Assembly: GCA_016179765.1 (NCBI GenBank)
Contig: JACPCL010000036.1
Location: 134,110-198,109, forward strand
Origin: Chloroflexota bacterium
GTDB taxonomy: Bacteria > Chloroflexota > Dehalococcoidia > Lucifugimonadales > JACPCL1
Length of the DNA stretch: 64,000 nt
Reading direction: 5' to 3'
Every line of letters starts with the position of its first letter. The stretch's first letter is position 1. A program made the position numbers and the translations under genes. The notes under the pieces were generated by a model. It worked only from the letters and a program-made list of their open reading frames with translations. It did not search any database and was not told the DNA's origin. Below are positions 53,512 to 62,898 of this stretch, piece after piece.

Positions 53512-54248
53512 CCACCAGAAGTCAACGGGAAATGAGCAATGGCAAGGCAGACGGTGTTGCTCAAGGGCCCCAGCGCTCGCGCAATGCCCGGGAGGCCGCA
53601 GAATACTCTCCCGCGGCGCAGGTCCTGGGGCTGCGCGCCCCCAGGGAGGGGCGCCAGGAGCGGCAAGAGCGGGAGGACCCTACGGAGAGCGTCGTCATGA
53701 GCGTGCCGCCCCGCAACCGGTGGCAGGTGCTCATGGTGGAGTACGAGCTGCTGGACAGCTCCATAGGCCAGGTAGGCCAGCGGGTGTGGACCAGTGGCCT
53801 GGTCCTCATTGGCCTGAGCTTGCTAGGGCTGGCCTCTATGGGCACCCTGAAGCCTGGGCTGGCCGACACCGCCAACGTTGTCTCCCTGGTGGGAGGCATC
53901 GGTTCGGTGCTGGCCCTGGGCTGGTTGGTGTTGCTGCGCCGCCTCTTCCTGGTCCAGCGCGTCGCCGAGTACCGCCGCAACGAGATTGATCGGGAGCTTG
54001 GCCTGCGCTCCGGCCTGTATTTGACCTTCCTGCGCCAGAGCCGCCGCATCGGCTCCAGCAGAAACTTCGCCATTGCCCGTCAGTTGTCTGAAGGGGATGC
54101 GGAGCTTGAAGAGGACCTGCGCGACCTGTCCCAAAGCCAGGAGGCCAAGGCAAGAATCCCCCGGTTCCTTTCCGACAAGCTGATCTGGAGCCTGGCTCCC
54201 TGGCTGCTCATCGCCGCCTGGATAGGCATGTACCTGGTGAAGGTGTAG
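53508..54248 (+). CDS. hypothetical membrane protein embedded in the pyr operon
   Basis: ATG overlaps the carA stop (ATGA). Charged, disordered-looking N-terminus, then three hydrophobic segments. No family recognised. Confidence 0.5.
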   Translation: MTTRSQREMSNGKADGVAQGPQRSRNAREAAEYSPAAQVLGLRAPREGRQERQEREDPTESVVMSVPPRNRWQVLMVEYELLDSSIGQVGQRVWTSGLVLIGLSLLGLASMGTLKPGLADTANVVSLVGGIGSVLALGWLVLLRRLFLVQRVAEYRRNEIDRELGLRSGLYLTFLRQSRRIGSSRNFAIARQLSEGDAELEEDLRDLSQSQEAKARIPRFLSDKLIWSLAPWLLIAAWIGMYLVKV

Positions 54249-54330
54249 GCGGGCCCTTGGCTTCGGCCAGAGGCTCACCTCCCATACCCCCCTCCGCTCC
54301 GGAGAGGGAGGACCAGGGACTGAGGTCGGA

Positions 54331-54813
54331 ATAGACGCCTACCTGGACATAGAGACCACGGGCCTAAGCCCCTCTCGTGACCGCATCACGGTCATTGGAG
54401 TTGGGCTGGCCCGTGGCCAAGGCATGGAGCACGTCCAGCTTTACGACGGCTCCCTGAACAGCGGCGCCCTGGGGGAGACCCTGGCAGGGGCCACGCACCT
54501 CTACACCTACAACGGCCATCGCTTTGACCTTCCCTTCATTGCCGAATGTCTGGGCCTAGACCTGGCCCAGCGCCTGCCCCATACCGATCTGATGTACGAC
54601 TGCTGGCGCCAGGGCCTCTACGGCGGCCTGAAGGCGGTGGAGGCGCACCTGGGCATCCGGCGGCGAGTGGTTGGCGTGAACGGCTACGAGGCGGTGCTCC
54701 TGTGGCAGCGGTATAAGGAGTATGGCGACGCACAGGCGCTAGCGACCCTTCTGGCGTACAACCGGGAGGACGTGGGCAACCTGCTGCGCCTGAGGGAGAA
54801 GCTGCGGCGTTGA
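54331..54813 (+). CDS. RNase H-fold (YprB-like DEDD) exonuclease domain protein, no canonical start codon
   Basis: Homology-like sequence begins at IDAYLDIETTGLSP (54331), but the first ATG/GTG/TTG in frame is at 54424, downstream of the DIETTG motif. ATA at 54331 follows GAGG by 5 nt. Confidence 0.5.
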   Translation: MDAYLDIETTGLSPSRDRITVIGVGLARGQGMEHVQLYDGSLNSGALGETLAGATHLYTYNGHRFDLPFIAECLGLDLAQRLPHTDLMYDCWRQGLYGGLKAVEAHLGIRRRVVGVNGYEAVLLWQRYKEYGDAQALATLLAYNREDVGNLLRLREKLRR

Positions 54814-54923
54814 TTGCCTGTAGGGGCGTTAAGGGTCTGCCCTGAGTATAGCCGAAGGGCCTTACGCCCCTGCTCCTGTTCATGTCCCAACACGCGGGGC
54901 CATTTTTGACGATTGCAGCCATG

Positions 54924-55235
54924 GTCATGCTGAGCCATGACGGCAGTCAGGCGAAGCATCCGAGGCGATTGCTGGTGTGGCGTCTCCTATTGACGCTTGC
55001 AGGCGTCTTCCCACGCGCAAGGCCTTAGATTCTTCGCGATGTTCGTCCCTTCCCCAGCAAGGCCAACGGGACTCACTCGCTCAGAATGACAGCGGTCCCT
55101 TTTGCGGTTGCCATTGCTGTCATGCTGAACGAGTCCCGACGAGTCGTGACATCGTGAAGCATCTAAGGCGTTCGCCCACTTCAACGTATGCCCTAGATTC
55201 TTCGGCCCATCGCAGTCGGGCCTCAGAATGACAAG
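54924..55235. repeat. cluster of four family D units in alternating orientation
   Basis: gtcatgctgagc..gaagcatccgagg / cttagattcttcg..ctcagaatgaca / gtcatgctgaac..gaagcatctaagg / ccctagattcttcg..ctcagaatgacaag. Confidence 0.7.
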
Positions 55236-55312
55236 ATACAAGGCTGCAAACCGCCCTTTTCCGCGTTGCCGTAACACCTTCGGCATGATAGAATCTCCAT
55301 GAGCTAAATATG

Positions 55313-55450
55313 GCAGAGGCCCCATCGTAAGCCTTGAAACCGGTCCTGTGAGGCTGGTAAGGTGGTAGCTGGGCCTGCCGGCCCTCCCGATGCAACATCG
55401 GGACGCCGCTAGGATTCAGTCCCTTGTCAGCTTCAGACAAGGGATTTTTT
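55313..55450 (+). promoter_or_regulatory. PyrR-binding attenuator 2 (upstream of carB)
   Basis: Near-duplicate of 48666-48801: CCTTGAAACCGGTCCTGTGAGGCTGGTAAGGTG.TAGCTGGGCC. Terminator agtcccttgtc-agcttca-gacaaggga + T6. Confidence 0.8.
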
Positions 55451-55518
55451 GTGCCACTCGGCACCCTGCATTCTAACCTTCTCCCGCCAGGAGAGAAGGG
55501 ACTAACTATAGGAAGGTC

Positions 55519-58500
55519 ATGACCACCACGCCACCCGTCACAAAAGTCCTTATTATCGGCTCCGGGCCAATTATCATTGGCCAGGCGGCGGAGTTTGACT
55601 ACGCCGGCTCCCAGGCGTGCCGCTCCCTGCGGGAGGAGGGCATCACCACGGTGTTGGTGAACTCCAACCCCGCGACCATCATGACAGACCAGGGCATCGC
55701 CGACGTGGTGTACATTGAGCCGCTGACGGTGGAGGTGCTGGAGCGCATCATTGCCCAAGAGCGACCCCAGGGCATCCTGCCCACCCTGGGCGGCCAGACG
55801 GGCCTGAACCTGGCCGTTGACCTTGCCGACGCCGGGGTGCTGGACAAATACAACGTCCGCCTGCTGGGCACGCCCCTGGAGACCATCAGGAAGGCGGAGG
55901 ACCGGGAGCTGTTTCGCCAGCTTCTGTTAACTCTGGGGGAGCCGGTGCCCGCCAGCCAGACGGTGAAAACGGTGGCAGAGGCCCGGGAAGCGGCCCTGCG
56001 CATAGGATTCCCCCTGGTCGTCCGGCCCTCCTTCACCCTGGGCGGCACCGGCGGCGGCGTGGCCCGCACCTGGGGGCAGCTTGACCAGGTGGTGCACGAC
56101 GGCCTCGCGGCCAGCCCCATCCAGCAGGTGCTGGTGGAGGAGTACCTGGAGGGGTGGAAGGAGCTGGAGTACGAGGTGATGCGCGACGGCGCGGACAACT
56201 GCATCACCATCTGCGTCATGGAGAACTTTGACCCCATGGGTGTGCACACTGGCGATAGCATTGTGACGGCCCCAAGTCAGACCCTCACCGACAAGGAGTA
56301 CCAGATGCTGCGCAGCGCGAGCCTGCGCATTATCCGCGCCCTGGGCGTAGAGGGCGGGTGCAACATCCAGTTCGCCCTGGCCCCTCACCCGTGGGCGGCG
56401 CCGCACCTGTATAAGGGTGGCAACTTACCCAGTCCCAGCTACTACGTCATAGAGGTGAACCCCCGGGTCAGCCGCAGCTCTGCCCTGGCAAGCAAGGCCA
56501 CCGGCTACCCTATCGCCCGCGTCGCCGCCAAGATCGCCATTGGCAAGCGGCTGGACCAGATAGCCAACGCCGTTACGGGCAAGACCCTGGCCGCCTTTGA
56601 GCCGGCTATTGACTACGTGGTGACCAAGATCCCGCGCTGGCCCTTTGACAAGTTCCCCACGGCCGACCGGCGGCTGGGCGTCCAGATGAAGGCCACGGGC
56701 GAGGTCATGGCCATTGACCGCGTCTTTGAGGCGTCGCTCCAAAAGGCGGTGCGCTCCCTGGAGTTGGGAGGCAGGTCGCTCCTGTGGGAAGACCCCAAGT
56801 GGAACCTGGGAGAGGAGGCCTCCCTTGACCAGCTCCCCTTGCGCGCCAACGACCTGCGACTGTGGGCACTCATGGCAGCCCTGCGAAGGGGTTTCTCCAT
56901 CCAGGAGCTGTCCGGACGCACTGGCATAGACCCCTGGTTCCTCAGCGGCCTGCAGAACATCGTGGATATGGAGCGGCGGCTGCTCTCGGAGCCGCTGTCG
57001 CCCAGGCTGCTGCGCCAGGCCAAGCGCATGGGCTTCTCCGACGAGCAGGTCGCAACCTTGGCTGACCGCCTGCCTGATCAGGTGCGTAACCTCCGGAAGG
57101 AGTGGGGCCTGCGCCCTGTCTACAAGACGGTGGACACCTGTGCGGCGGAGTTTGAAGCCCAGACCCCTTACTTTTACAGCGCCTATGAGCAGGAGAACGA
57201 GGCGCCGCCTTTGCCGGGCCCCAAGGCCGTGGTCATCGGCAGCGGCCCGATACGCATCGGCCAGGGGATTGAGTTTGACTATTGCAGCGTCCATGCCGCC
57301 TGGGCCTTGCAGGAGGAGGGGACGGCCAGCATCATCGTCAACTCCAACCCGGAGACCGTCTCCACCGACTTTGACACCAGCAACCGCCTCTACTTTGAGC
57401 CCCTGGACGATGAGAGCCTTCTGGACATCCTGGAGAATGAGGGTATGAACGCCGACGGGTCGCCGGGCCAGCCACCACCCTCGGTGGTGCAGTTTGGCGG
57501 CCAGACGGCCATCAACCTCTCCCAGTCCCTGGCCCGCTACGGTATGCCCATCATGGGCTCCTCCGCCCAGGCTATAGACATCGCCTCGGACCGGCACAAG
57601 TTTGAGGACTTCCTGGCCCGCCTGGGCATCCCGCAGCCTCCTGGGGCCACCGTCACCTCCGTGGAGGAGGGGCTGAACGTTGCCCAGGGCATCAGCTATC
57701 CCGTGCTGGTGCGCCCAAGCTACGTGCTGGGCGGCAGGGCTATGGAGATCGTCCAGAACGCTACTGAGCTGATTCACTACCTCACCTCCGCCGTGGAGGT
57801 GGGACACGGGAAGCCGGTGCTCATTGATAAGTACATGGAGGGTCGGGAGGTGGAGGTGGACGCTATCTGCGATGAGGAGCAGGTGCTCATCCCAGGCATC
57901 ATGGAACACATAGAGCGGGCGGGCGTCCACAGCGGCGACTCCATGTCCATTTACCCCGGCCTGACTCTGAGTGAGGCGGAGGTGAAGACCCTGGTGGAGT
58001 ATGCCACGCGCATCTCCCTAGGGCTGGGGATGAAGGGCCTGATCAACATCCAGTTCATCATCATGGGAGGGGAGAAGTACCGCGACCCGGCCACCTACCG
58101 GGAGAGCCACCCGCAGCAGGCGGGGGACTCCACCGTCTACGTCATAGAGGCCAACCCGCGGGCCAGCCGCACCGTTCCCTTCCTCTCCAAGGTGACGGGC
58201 GTGCCCATGGTGCGCATCGCCACCAAGGTGGTGTTGGGGCGCAGCCTGAAGGAGCAGGGGTATGCGGGCGGCCTGTGGCCCTATAACGGCGTCGTGGGGG
58301 TGAAGGCCCCCGTGTTCTCCATGTCCAAGCTGGCGGGCGTGGACACGTACCTGGGGCCGGAGATGAAGTCCACTGGCGAGGTGATGGGCGTGGACGATAG
58401 CTTCCGCCCTGCGGTGGCCAAGGCCCTGCTGGCCAGCAACCTGAGCCTGCCCAAGAGGGGCGCGGTGCTGGTGAGCATCGCTGACAAGGACAAGCCGGAG

Positions 58501-58872
58501 TCCATGCTTCTGATGCGGGCCTTTGCTCAGGCGGGCTACCGGCTGTACGCCACCGAGGGTACCGCCGCCATGATACAGGCCCTGGGGCTGGAGGTGACCA
58601 TGACCCCCCGGCGCCTGGACGAGGGACACCCCAACATGGTGGACGTGATCAACGATGGCCTGGTGCAGGCGGTGGTGAACACCGTGGGCCAGGCCACGGC
58701 TACGCTGCGGGACGGCTTTGAGATACGGCGGGCGGCGGCGGAGCGGCGCATCCCCTGCTTCACGTCGCTGGACACGGCGCGGGCGGCGGTGGAGAGCCTG
58801 CTGCACGGCGACGGCGGGGCGTACCAGGTGCTGCCCAGCGACGCGTACCTGCGGATGGGGAGGAGGACCTAA
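55519..58872 (+). CDS. carB: carbamoyl-phosphate synthase large subunit
   Basis: 1117 aa. Duplicated ATP-grasp halves ([22 protein letters not shown] and [18 protein letters not shown]) and a C-terminal MGS-like domain. Confidence 0.93.
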   Translation: MTTTPPVTKVLIIGSGPIIIGQAAEFDYAGSQACRSLREEGITTVLVNSNPATIMTDQGIADVVYIEPLTVEVLERIIAQERPQGILPTLGGQTGLNLAVDLADAGVLDKYNVRLLGTPLETIRKAEDRELFRQLLLTLGEPVPASQTVKTVAEAREAALRIGFPLVVRPSFTLGGTGGGVARTWGQLDQVVHDGLAASPIQQVLVEEYLEGWKELEYEVMRDGADNCITICVMENFDPMGVHTGDSIVTAPSQTLTDKEYQMLRSASLRIIRALGVEGGCNIQFALAPHPWAAPHLYKGGNLPSPSYYVIEVNPRVSRSSALASKATGYPIARVAAKIAIGKRLDQIANAVTGKTLAAFEPAIDYVVTKIPRWPFDKFPTADRRLGVQMKATGEVMAIDRVFEASLQKAVRSLELGGRSLLWEDPKWNLGEEASLDQLPLRANDLRLWALMAALRRGFSIQELSGRTGIDPWFLSGLQNIVDMERRLLSEPLSPRLLRQAKRMGFSDEQVATLADRLPDQVRNLRKEWGLRPVYKTVDTCAAEFEAQTPYFYSAYEQENEAPPLPGPKAVVIGSGPIRIGQGIEFDYCSVHAAWALQEEGTASIIVNSNPETVSTDFDTSNRLYFEPLDDESLLDILENEGMNADGSPGQPPPSVVQFGGQTAINLSQSLARYGMPIMGSSAQAIDIASDRHKFEDFLARLGIPQPPGATVTSVEEGLNVAQGISYPVLVRPSYVLGGRAMEIVQNATELIHYLTSAVEVGHGKPVLIDKYMEGREVEVDAICDEEQVLIPGIMEHIERAGVHSGDSMSIYPGLTLSEAEVKTLVEYATRISLGLGMKGLINIQFIIMGGEKYRDPATYRESHPQQAGDSTVYVIEANPRASRTVPFLSKVTGVPMVRIATKVVLGRSLKEQGYAGGLWPYNGVVGVKAPVFSMSKLAGVDTYLGPEMKSTGEVMGVDDSFRPAVAKALLASNLSLPKRGAVLVSIADKDKPESMLLMRAFAQAGYRLYATEGTAAMIQALGLEVTMTPRRLDEGHPNMVDVINDGLVQAVVNTVGQATATLRDGFEIRRAAAERRIPCFTSLDTARAAVESLLHGDGGAYQVLPSDAYLRMGRRT

Positions 58873-58965
58873 CCCCTAGCCCCACCGACCTCACCCCCTG
58901 TTGTCCCCCTCTTCCTTCGCTTCGCTCAAGGACAGGCTCTAAAGCGAGAGGGGGACAGTAATGGG
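58873..58965. repeat. family A repeat with another element nested in its loop
   Basis: gacctcaccccctgttg + tccccctct[tccttcgcttcgctcaaggacaggctctaaagcg]agaggggga. Confidence 0.6.
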
Positions 58966-59077
58966 CTTGCCCTTGGCCGGGAATTGATTTGGCGGTTCAA
59001 CAACAGGGATAACCCATATCTGTTCAGGGATACGTTAGTTAAGTTACTGAGGGCCGAACGAGTTGAGTACAGGGTGC

Positions 59078-59656
59078 TTACGGCGGCTTGAATGGCGGGA
59101 ATCTCATTCTTGGGCTGTGTGCATCTACCCTTTCCTCAAGTCTGTCCACGCGCTGTGAAAGCCCCATCAAAATTGTCTGCACATCCTTGAGCACACCAAT
59201 GATCTGGCTGAAGTTAGTTTGAACCCCGATTGCGCTGGTCTCTAATTGGGTTAGGTCACTCTCTAACCGGCTGATGTTGGTCTTGAGCCGTTCTTCTAAC
59301 TCTTCTACCTGATGATATGTTGAGGAGGCCAACTTCCCCGTGGCTGATGCCCTTAAACGCAGGTCGCCAATCGCTTTATTGAAGAGGAAGGCTACTATTC
59401 CGATGAACAGTCCGCTAACAATCACAGCTACAGTCACCGACGCAACAGCCGTGCCATTAAAGGAGGCAGCCTTGCCCTCCAATAGCGGCCTCACAACGTT
59501 GATGATGGGGTTAATCATATGGGCGTAGATTAGGTCAATCATCCACGCCGCTATCCCAAGAGCCACTAGGACGATAAGAACCGTAGCGAATAGGCGTCCG
59601 GCCTTACCCAATCTATCTTCCATCACTTTGAAGACTCCTGGTAATAGCTCTTCCAT
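59078..59656 (-). CDS. hypothetical membrane protein with C-terminal coiled coil
   Basis: 192-aa ORF, AT-richer. Two or three TM segments, then heptad-like VEELEERLKTNISRLESDLTQLE...VDRLEERV. Confidence 0.45.
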   Translation of the reverse strand: MEELLPGVFKVMEDRLGKAGRLFATVLIVLVALGIAAWMIDLIYAHMINPIINVVRPLLEGKAASFNGTAVASVTVAVIVSGLFIGIVAFLFNKAIGDLRLRASATGKLASSTYHQVEELEERLKTNISRLESDLTQLETSAIGVQTNFSQIIGVLKDVQTILMGLSQRVDRLEERVDAHSPRMRFPPFKPP

Positions 59657-59737
59657 TGCGCTGCCTCAGTTGAGAGATGCAGCAATTCTACTACGCCAAC
59701 CGTGTCACGTCTAACAGGCTGCGGAAGAAAGGGGAGT

Positions 59738-59860
59738 GCAGAGGGGCGAAGCCCCTTTGCCGGGAGTCTGAGGGTGTCCCTCAGATACAAATCAATCCCC
59801 GAAGGGGATACCTTGAATCCCCTTGAAGGGGTTTGGGGGTGTTTTTCAGCAGCCTGCTAT
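59738..59860. repeat. family C composite repeat, inverted relative to 62722-62800
   Basis: gcagaggggcgaagcccctttgccgggagtctgagggtgtccctcagat is the reverse complement of atctgagggacaccctcagactcctggcaaaggggcttcgcccctctg at 62725. Confidence 0.7.
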
Positions 59861-60083
59861 AATCGCCATTGATTTGCTCTTATTTCAGGGTGTTCTTAGC
59901 TTGAGTTGCAATGTGGGATTCGTTTTATTTTTGGAGAAACAAATCCGAAATTCGTCGTGGCGGCTGAGGGTTTGCCAAATGGATGGTCTGTCTGCATGGA
60001 ACGAGGGTAGCAGGCGGGGGTGGGGCTGGGGAAGGGGCGGGTGGCAGGGGGGAAGGGAAGGGGTATGGTAGGATACGGGCGGA

Positions 60084-60371
60084 ATGTCCTCGTGTAGGAG
60101 TCTATTCATGCGAATATTGCGTCAGCGTAAGCTCCTGCTGTTAGGGAGCGTATTCGGAGCGTTCATTTTGGGTGCTGCAGCTTACGCGTGGGGTACGGCA
60201 TACTTCTTGGAGGAAGTTTGCGTTCAGTGGAACCGTTTTAACCCCATCGCTGGGTGTTTACGGTATGGCATGCGCACAAATAGAGAGGCTGTGACTTGGT
60301 TCACATGGGCAGCCATCACGCTCGGGGCGTGTCTCGGTGCGTTCATCGCTCAGAAGTGGCGGAAAGGATGA
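60084..60371 (+). CDS. hypothetical small membrane protein
   Basis: 95 aa with two hydrophobic helices (LLLLGSVFGAFILGAAAYAW, FTWAAITLGACLGAFIA). No family recognised. Confidence 0.4.
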   Translation: MSSCRSLFMRILRQRKLLLLGSVFGAFILGAAAYAWGTAYFLEEVCVQWNRFNPIAGCLRYGMRTNREAVTWFTWAAITLGACLGAFIAQKWRKG

Positions 60372-60534
60372 GGCGTCTGCACTGTTGGTGAGCCAATAAC
60401 AGTAAGCGGACCGACCTTGCACAATTGGCCCGGATGTTCGCTTCCATAGGAAATAATGTGTTAACCACTGCGTTTGTGTGTGAGAGCAATGCATTGCAAA
60501 GTAGTACCGCATGTAGTACCATGCTAGGTGTGTA

Positions 60535-60771
60535 ATGCCTCCGCTAGACAAGCTCATTGAGCGCATCAAGGCACGTCCGCCTGAGGCCGATTTCAGTGAC
60601 GTGCGGCAATTGCTGGAAGGCTTTGGCTGGGCGCTGGCCCGGGAGAAGGGCAGCCATGCGATGTTCACGAAGGAAGGCCAGCGGACCATTGCCGTGCCCA
60701 AGGTGGGCGGGCGTAAGGTGAAGCGCACGTACCTGAACCAGATTTGCGAGATTCTTGGGCTGGAGAAGTAA
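60535..60771 (+). CDS. hicA: HicA family mRNA interferase toxin
   Basis: 78 aa. ...FSDVRQLLEGFGWALAREKGSHAMFTKEG... is the typical HicA (YcfA-like) pattern. Confidence 0.8.
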   Translation: MPPLDKLIERIKARPPEADFSDVRQLLEGFGWALAREKGSHAMFTKEGQRTIAVPKVGGRKVKRTYLNQICEILGLEK

Positions 60772-60772
60772 T

Positions 60773-61195
60773 ATGGCAACTGCAAGGGCGATTACCAGGA
60801 AGAAGATGCAGCGCAAGCTTCTTGAGTATTACCTTGCCCTGCAATACCCGCTCAATGTCTACGCTGAGCCGGAGGGCGGATACACGGCGGTGTTCCCGGA
60901 CTTGCCCGGCTGCATGACACAGGGGGAGACGCTGGAAGAGCTTGTGGCAATGGCGGAGGATGCTCGCGCGGGGTGGATTGAGACGGAATACGAGCGGGGC
61001 AACGAGATTCCACTGCCGTCCTATACAGAGGAGTACAGCGGCAAGTTCAACGTGCGGATTCCGAAGTCGCTGCACCGGTCAATGGCAGAGGCGGCGGAGC
61101 GGGAGGGCATCAGCCTGAACCAGTACGTGGTGTATCTGCTGTCGCGCGGGGACGCGCAGGCACGGGTGGAGCGGCTTCTGGTGGAGCGGCAATAG
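60773..61195 (+). CDS. hicB: HicB family antitoxin with C-terminal RHH
   Basis: ATG 1 nt after the hicA stop. GGYTAVFPDLPGCMTQGETLEEL (HicB fold) and KFNVRIPKSLHRSMAEAAEREGISLNQYVV (RHH). Confidence 0.8.
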   Translation: MATARAITRKKMQRKLLEYYLALQYPLNVYAEPEGGYTAVFPDLPGCMTQGETLEELVAMAEDARAGWIETEYERGNEIPLPSYTEEYSGKFNVRIPKSLHRSMAEAAEREGISLNQYVVYLLSRGDAQARVERLLVERQ

Positions 61196-61251
61196 GCCCC
61201 CTCGCGGCGGTGTGGTACAGTTGGGGGGACTCGTTGGGTGAAGGGGGCGCT

Positions 61252-61509
61252 ATGGCGACCAAGACCAAGAAAAGAATAGGCACGGTGGTGGACGAGGAGC
61301 TACTGCGACGGGCAAAGGTGGCGGCGGCGCGGGAGGGCATTCCCCTGAGCCAGCTCCTGGAGAGGACGCTGCGCCTGTACTCGAGGAGCGCCGCCGAGGA
61401 AGATGCCCACGCGCCAGTAGGCAACAAATACCCCTTGCGTGGCCTAGATTTCACCTATATCAACCCCACGGAGCCTGTGGCTGAGAAGGGCTGGGGGGCA
61501 GCCTCGTGA
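61252..61509 (+). CDS. orphan ribbon-helix-helix (antitoxin-like) protein
   Basis: KRIGTVVDEELLRRAKVAAAREGIPLSQLLERTL is RHH-like. No toxin ORF follows. Confidence 0.5.
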   Translation: MATKTKKRIGTVVDEELLRRAKVAAAREGIPLSQLLERTLRLYSRSAAEEDAHAPVGNKYPLRGLDFTYINPTEPVAEKGWGAAS

Positions 61510-61701
61510 CGGTGTTGCAAACACACATCTGATTCACGATGAATCTGCCCCATCCGAAAAGGCGATGGGCGAGGCAACGCCTCGCCCCTACGGTACGCTG
61601 GTGCACCGTCCGTTGTTGCACCCGCATCTGGTTCCCAGCATACCTCTTCCCGTATACTCTCGCTGTGCCATTGACAAGCTACCCCACAGGAGGCGCTACC
61701 C

Positions 61702-62670
61702 ATGAAGGCCATCAGGGTGCATTTCACCGCCACGGAGAGCACGCTGCGCATGGATGAGGTGCCGAAGCCGGAGCCAGTGGCGGACCAGATCGTCATCAGG
61801 GCGCAGGCTATCGGGCTGAACCGGGCGGACCTGGGACGGCGCCGCATGGCGCAGCCTGGGCAGCCGGAGCAGCCGGCCACGCCCGGCCTGGACGTGGCGG
61901 GCAGTGTGGAGGCCGTGGGCGCCGAGGTGCGAGGGTGGCGTCGGGGCGACCAGGTGATGGCCCTGGTGCGCGGCGCATACGCCGAGTACGTGGCGACCCG
62001 CGCCGTGACGGCCTACCATCCACCCCGCGGGATGCGCATGACCGATGCGGCGTCGTTGCCCTGCGTGTTCCTGACGGCCTACTACGCCCTGACGAAGCTG
62101 GCGGGCCTCAAGCGTGGCGAGACGGTCCTTATTCACGCAGCGGGCAGTGGCGTAGGCATGGCGGGCATCCAGATCGCCCATGCCCTGGGCGCTCGCGTGC
62201 TGACCAGCGCGGGGAGTGACGAGCGTGTGGCCCGGGGCCGCCAGCTTGGGGCGGAGGCCGGGGTGAACTACTCGTCCCAGGACGTGACCATGGAGCTGAA
62301 CCGCCTGACCGGAGGGCGGGGCGTCAACGTGGTGCTGGACTCGGTGGGCGGCTCAATCTTTGACGCGACGCTGAAGGCGCTGGCCCCCGGTGGACGCATC
62401 GTGACGGTCGGCGGCCCTGCCGGCCCGCGCACCGCCTATGATGAGGGGGCGCTGACGGCGAAGGGCCAGTGGGTGAAGCCGATGACGGTTTTCGCTGAGG
62501 CCCAGGCGGACACGGAGCAGAAGGGGTGGGCGCAGCTTAAGGCGTGGTTTGAGAGTGGCACGCTGCGCACGGTGGTGCAGCAGGTTATGCCGTGGACGCA
62601 GGCGGAGGCGGCGCAGAAGCTCCTCACCGACCGGGGGGTCTTCGGCAAGATCGTGATGACGGTGGGATAG
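61702..62670 (+). CDS. NADPH:quinone oxidoreductase / zinc-type alcohol dehydrogenase-like (MDR) protein
   Basis: MDR fold, Rossmann motif HAAGSGVGMAGIQIA, C-terminal GKIVM. Confidence 0.85.
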   Translation: MKAIRVHFTATESTLRMDEVPKPEPVADQIVIRAQAIGLNRADLGRRRMAQPGQPEQPATPGLDVAGSVEAVGAEVRGWRRGDQVMALVRGAYAEYVATRAVTAYHPPRGMRMTDAASLPCVFLTAYYALTKLAGLKRGETVLIHAAGSGVGMAGIQIAHALGARVLTSAGSDERVARGRQLGAEAGVNYSSQDVTMELNRLTGGRGVNVVLDSVGGSIFDATLKALAPGGRIVTVGGPAGPRTAYDEGALTAKGQWVKPMTVFAEAQADTEQKGWAQLKAWFESGTLRTVVQQVMPWTQAEAAQKLLTDRGVFGKIVMTVG

Positions 62671-62679
62671 AGGACGAAC

Positions 62680-62718
62680 CATCCCCCTGACCCCCTTCCT
62701 GGTCAGGAAGGGGGAAGA
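62680..62718. repeat. family A-like hairpin
   Basis: cccccttcc-tggtca-ggaaggggg with flanking ccatccccctga. Confidence 0.5.
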
Positions 62719-62721
62719 ATC

Positions 62722-62800
62722 CGTATCTGAGGGACACCCTCAGACTCCTGGCAAAGGGGCTTCGCCCCTCTGGACACCCCTTTTTTCATCATCCTGCTAA
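62722..62800. repeat. family C composite repeat
   Basis: atctgagggacaccctcagactcctggcaaaggggcttcgcccctctggacaccccttttttcatcatcctgctaaggg. Confidence 0.7.
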
Positions 62801-62898
62801 GGGACATACCCTCGCCCTGCCTGGCGTGGTATCCTGATACCAGGGGCGGGGGCTCCTCGCCCTGGGTTACGGATTGACCGAGTGGCTATGGGAGAAGG

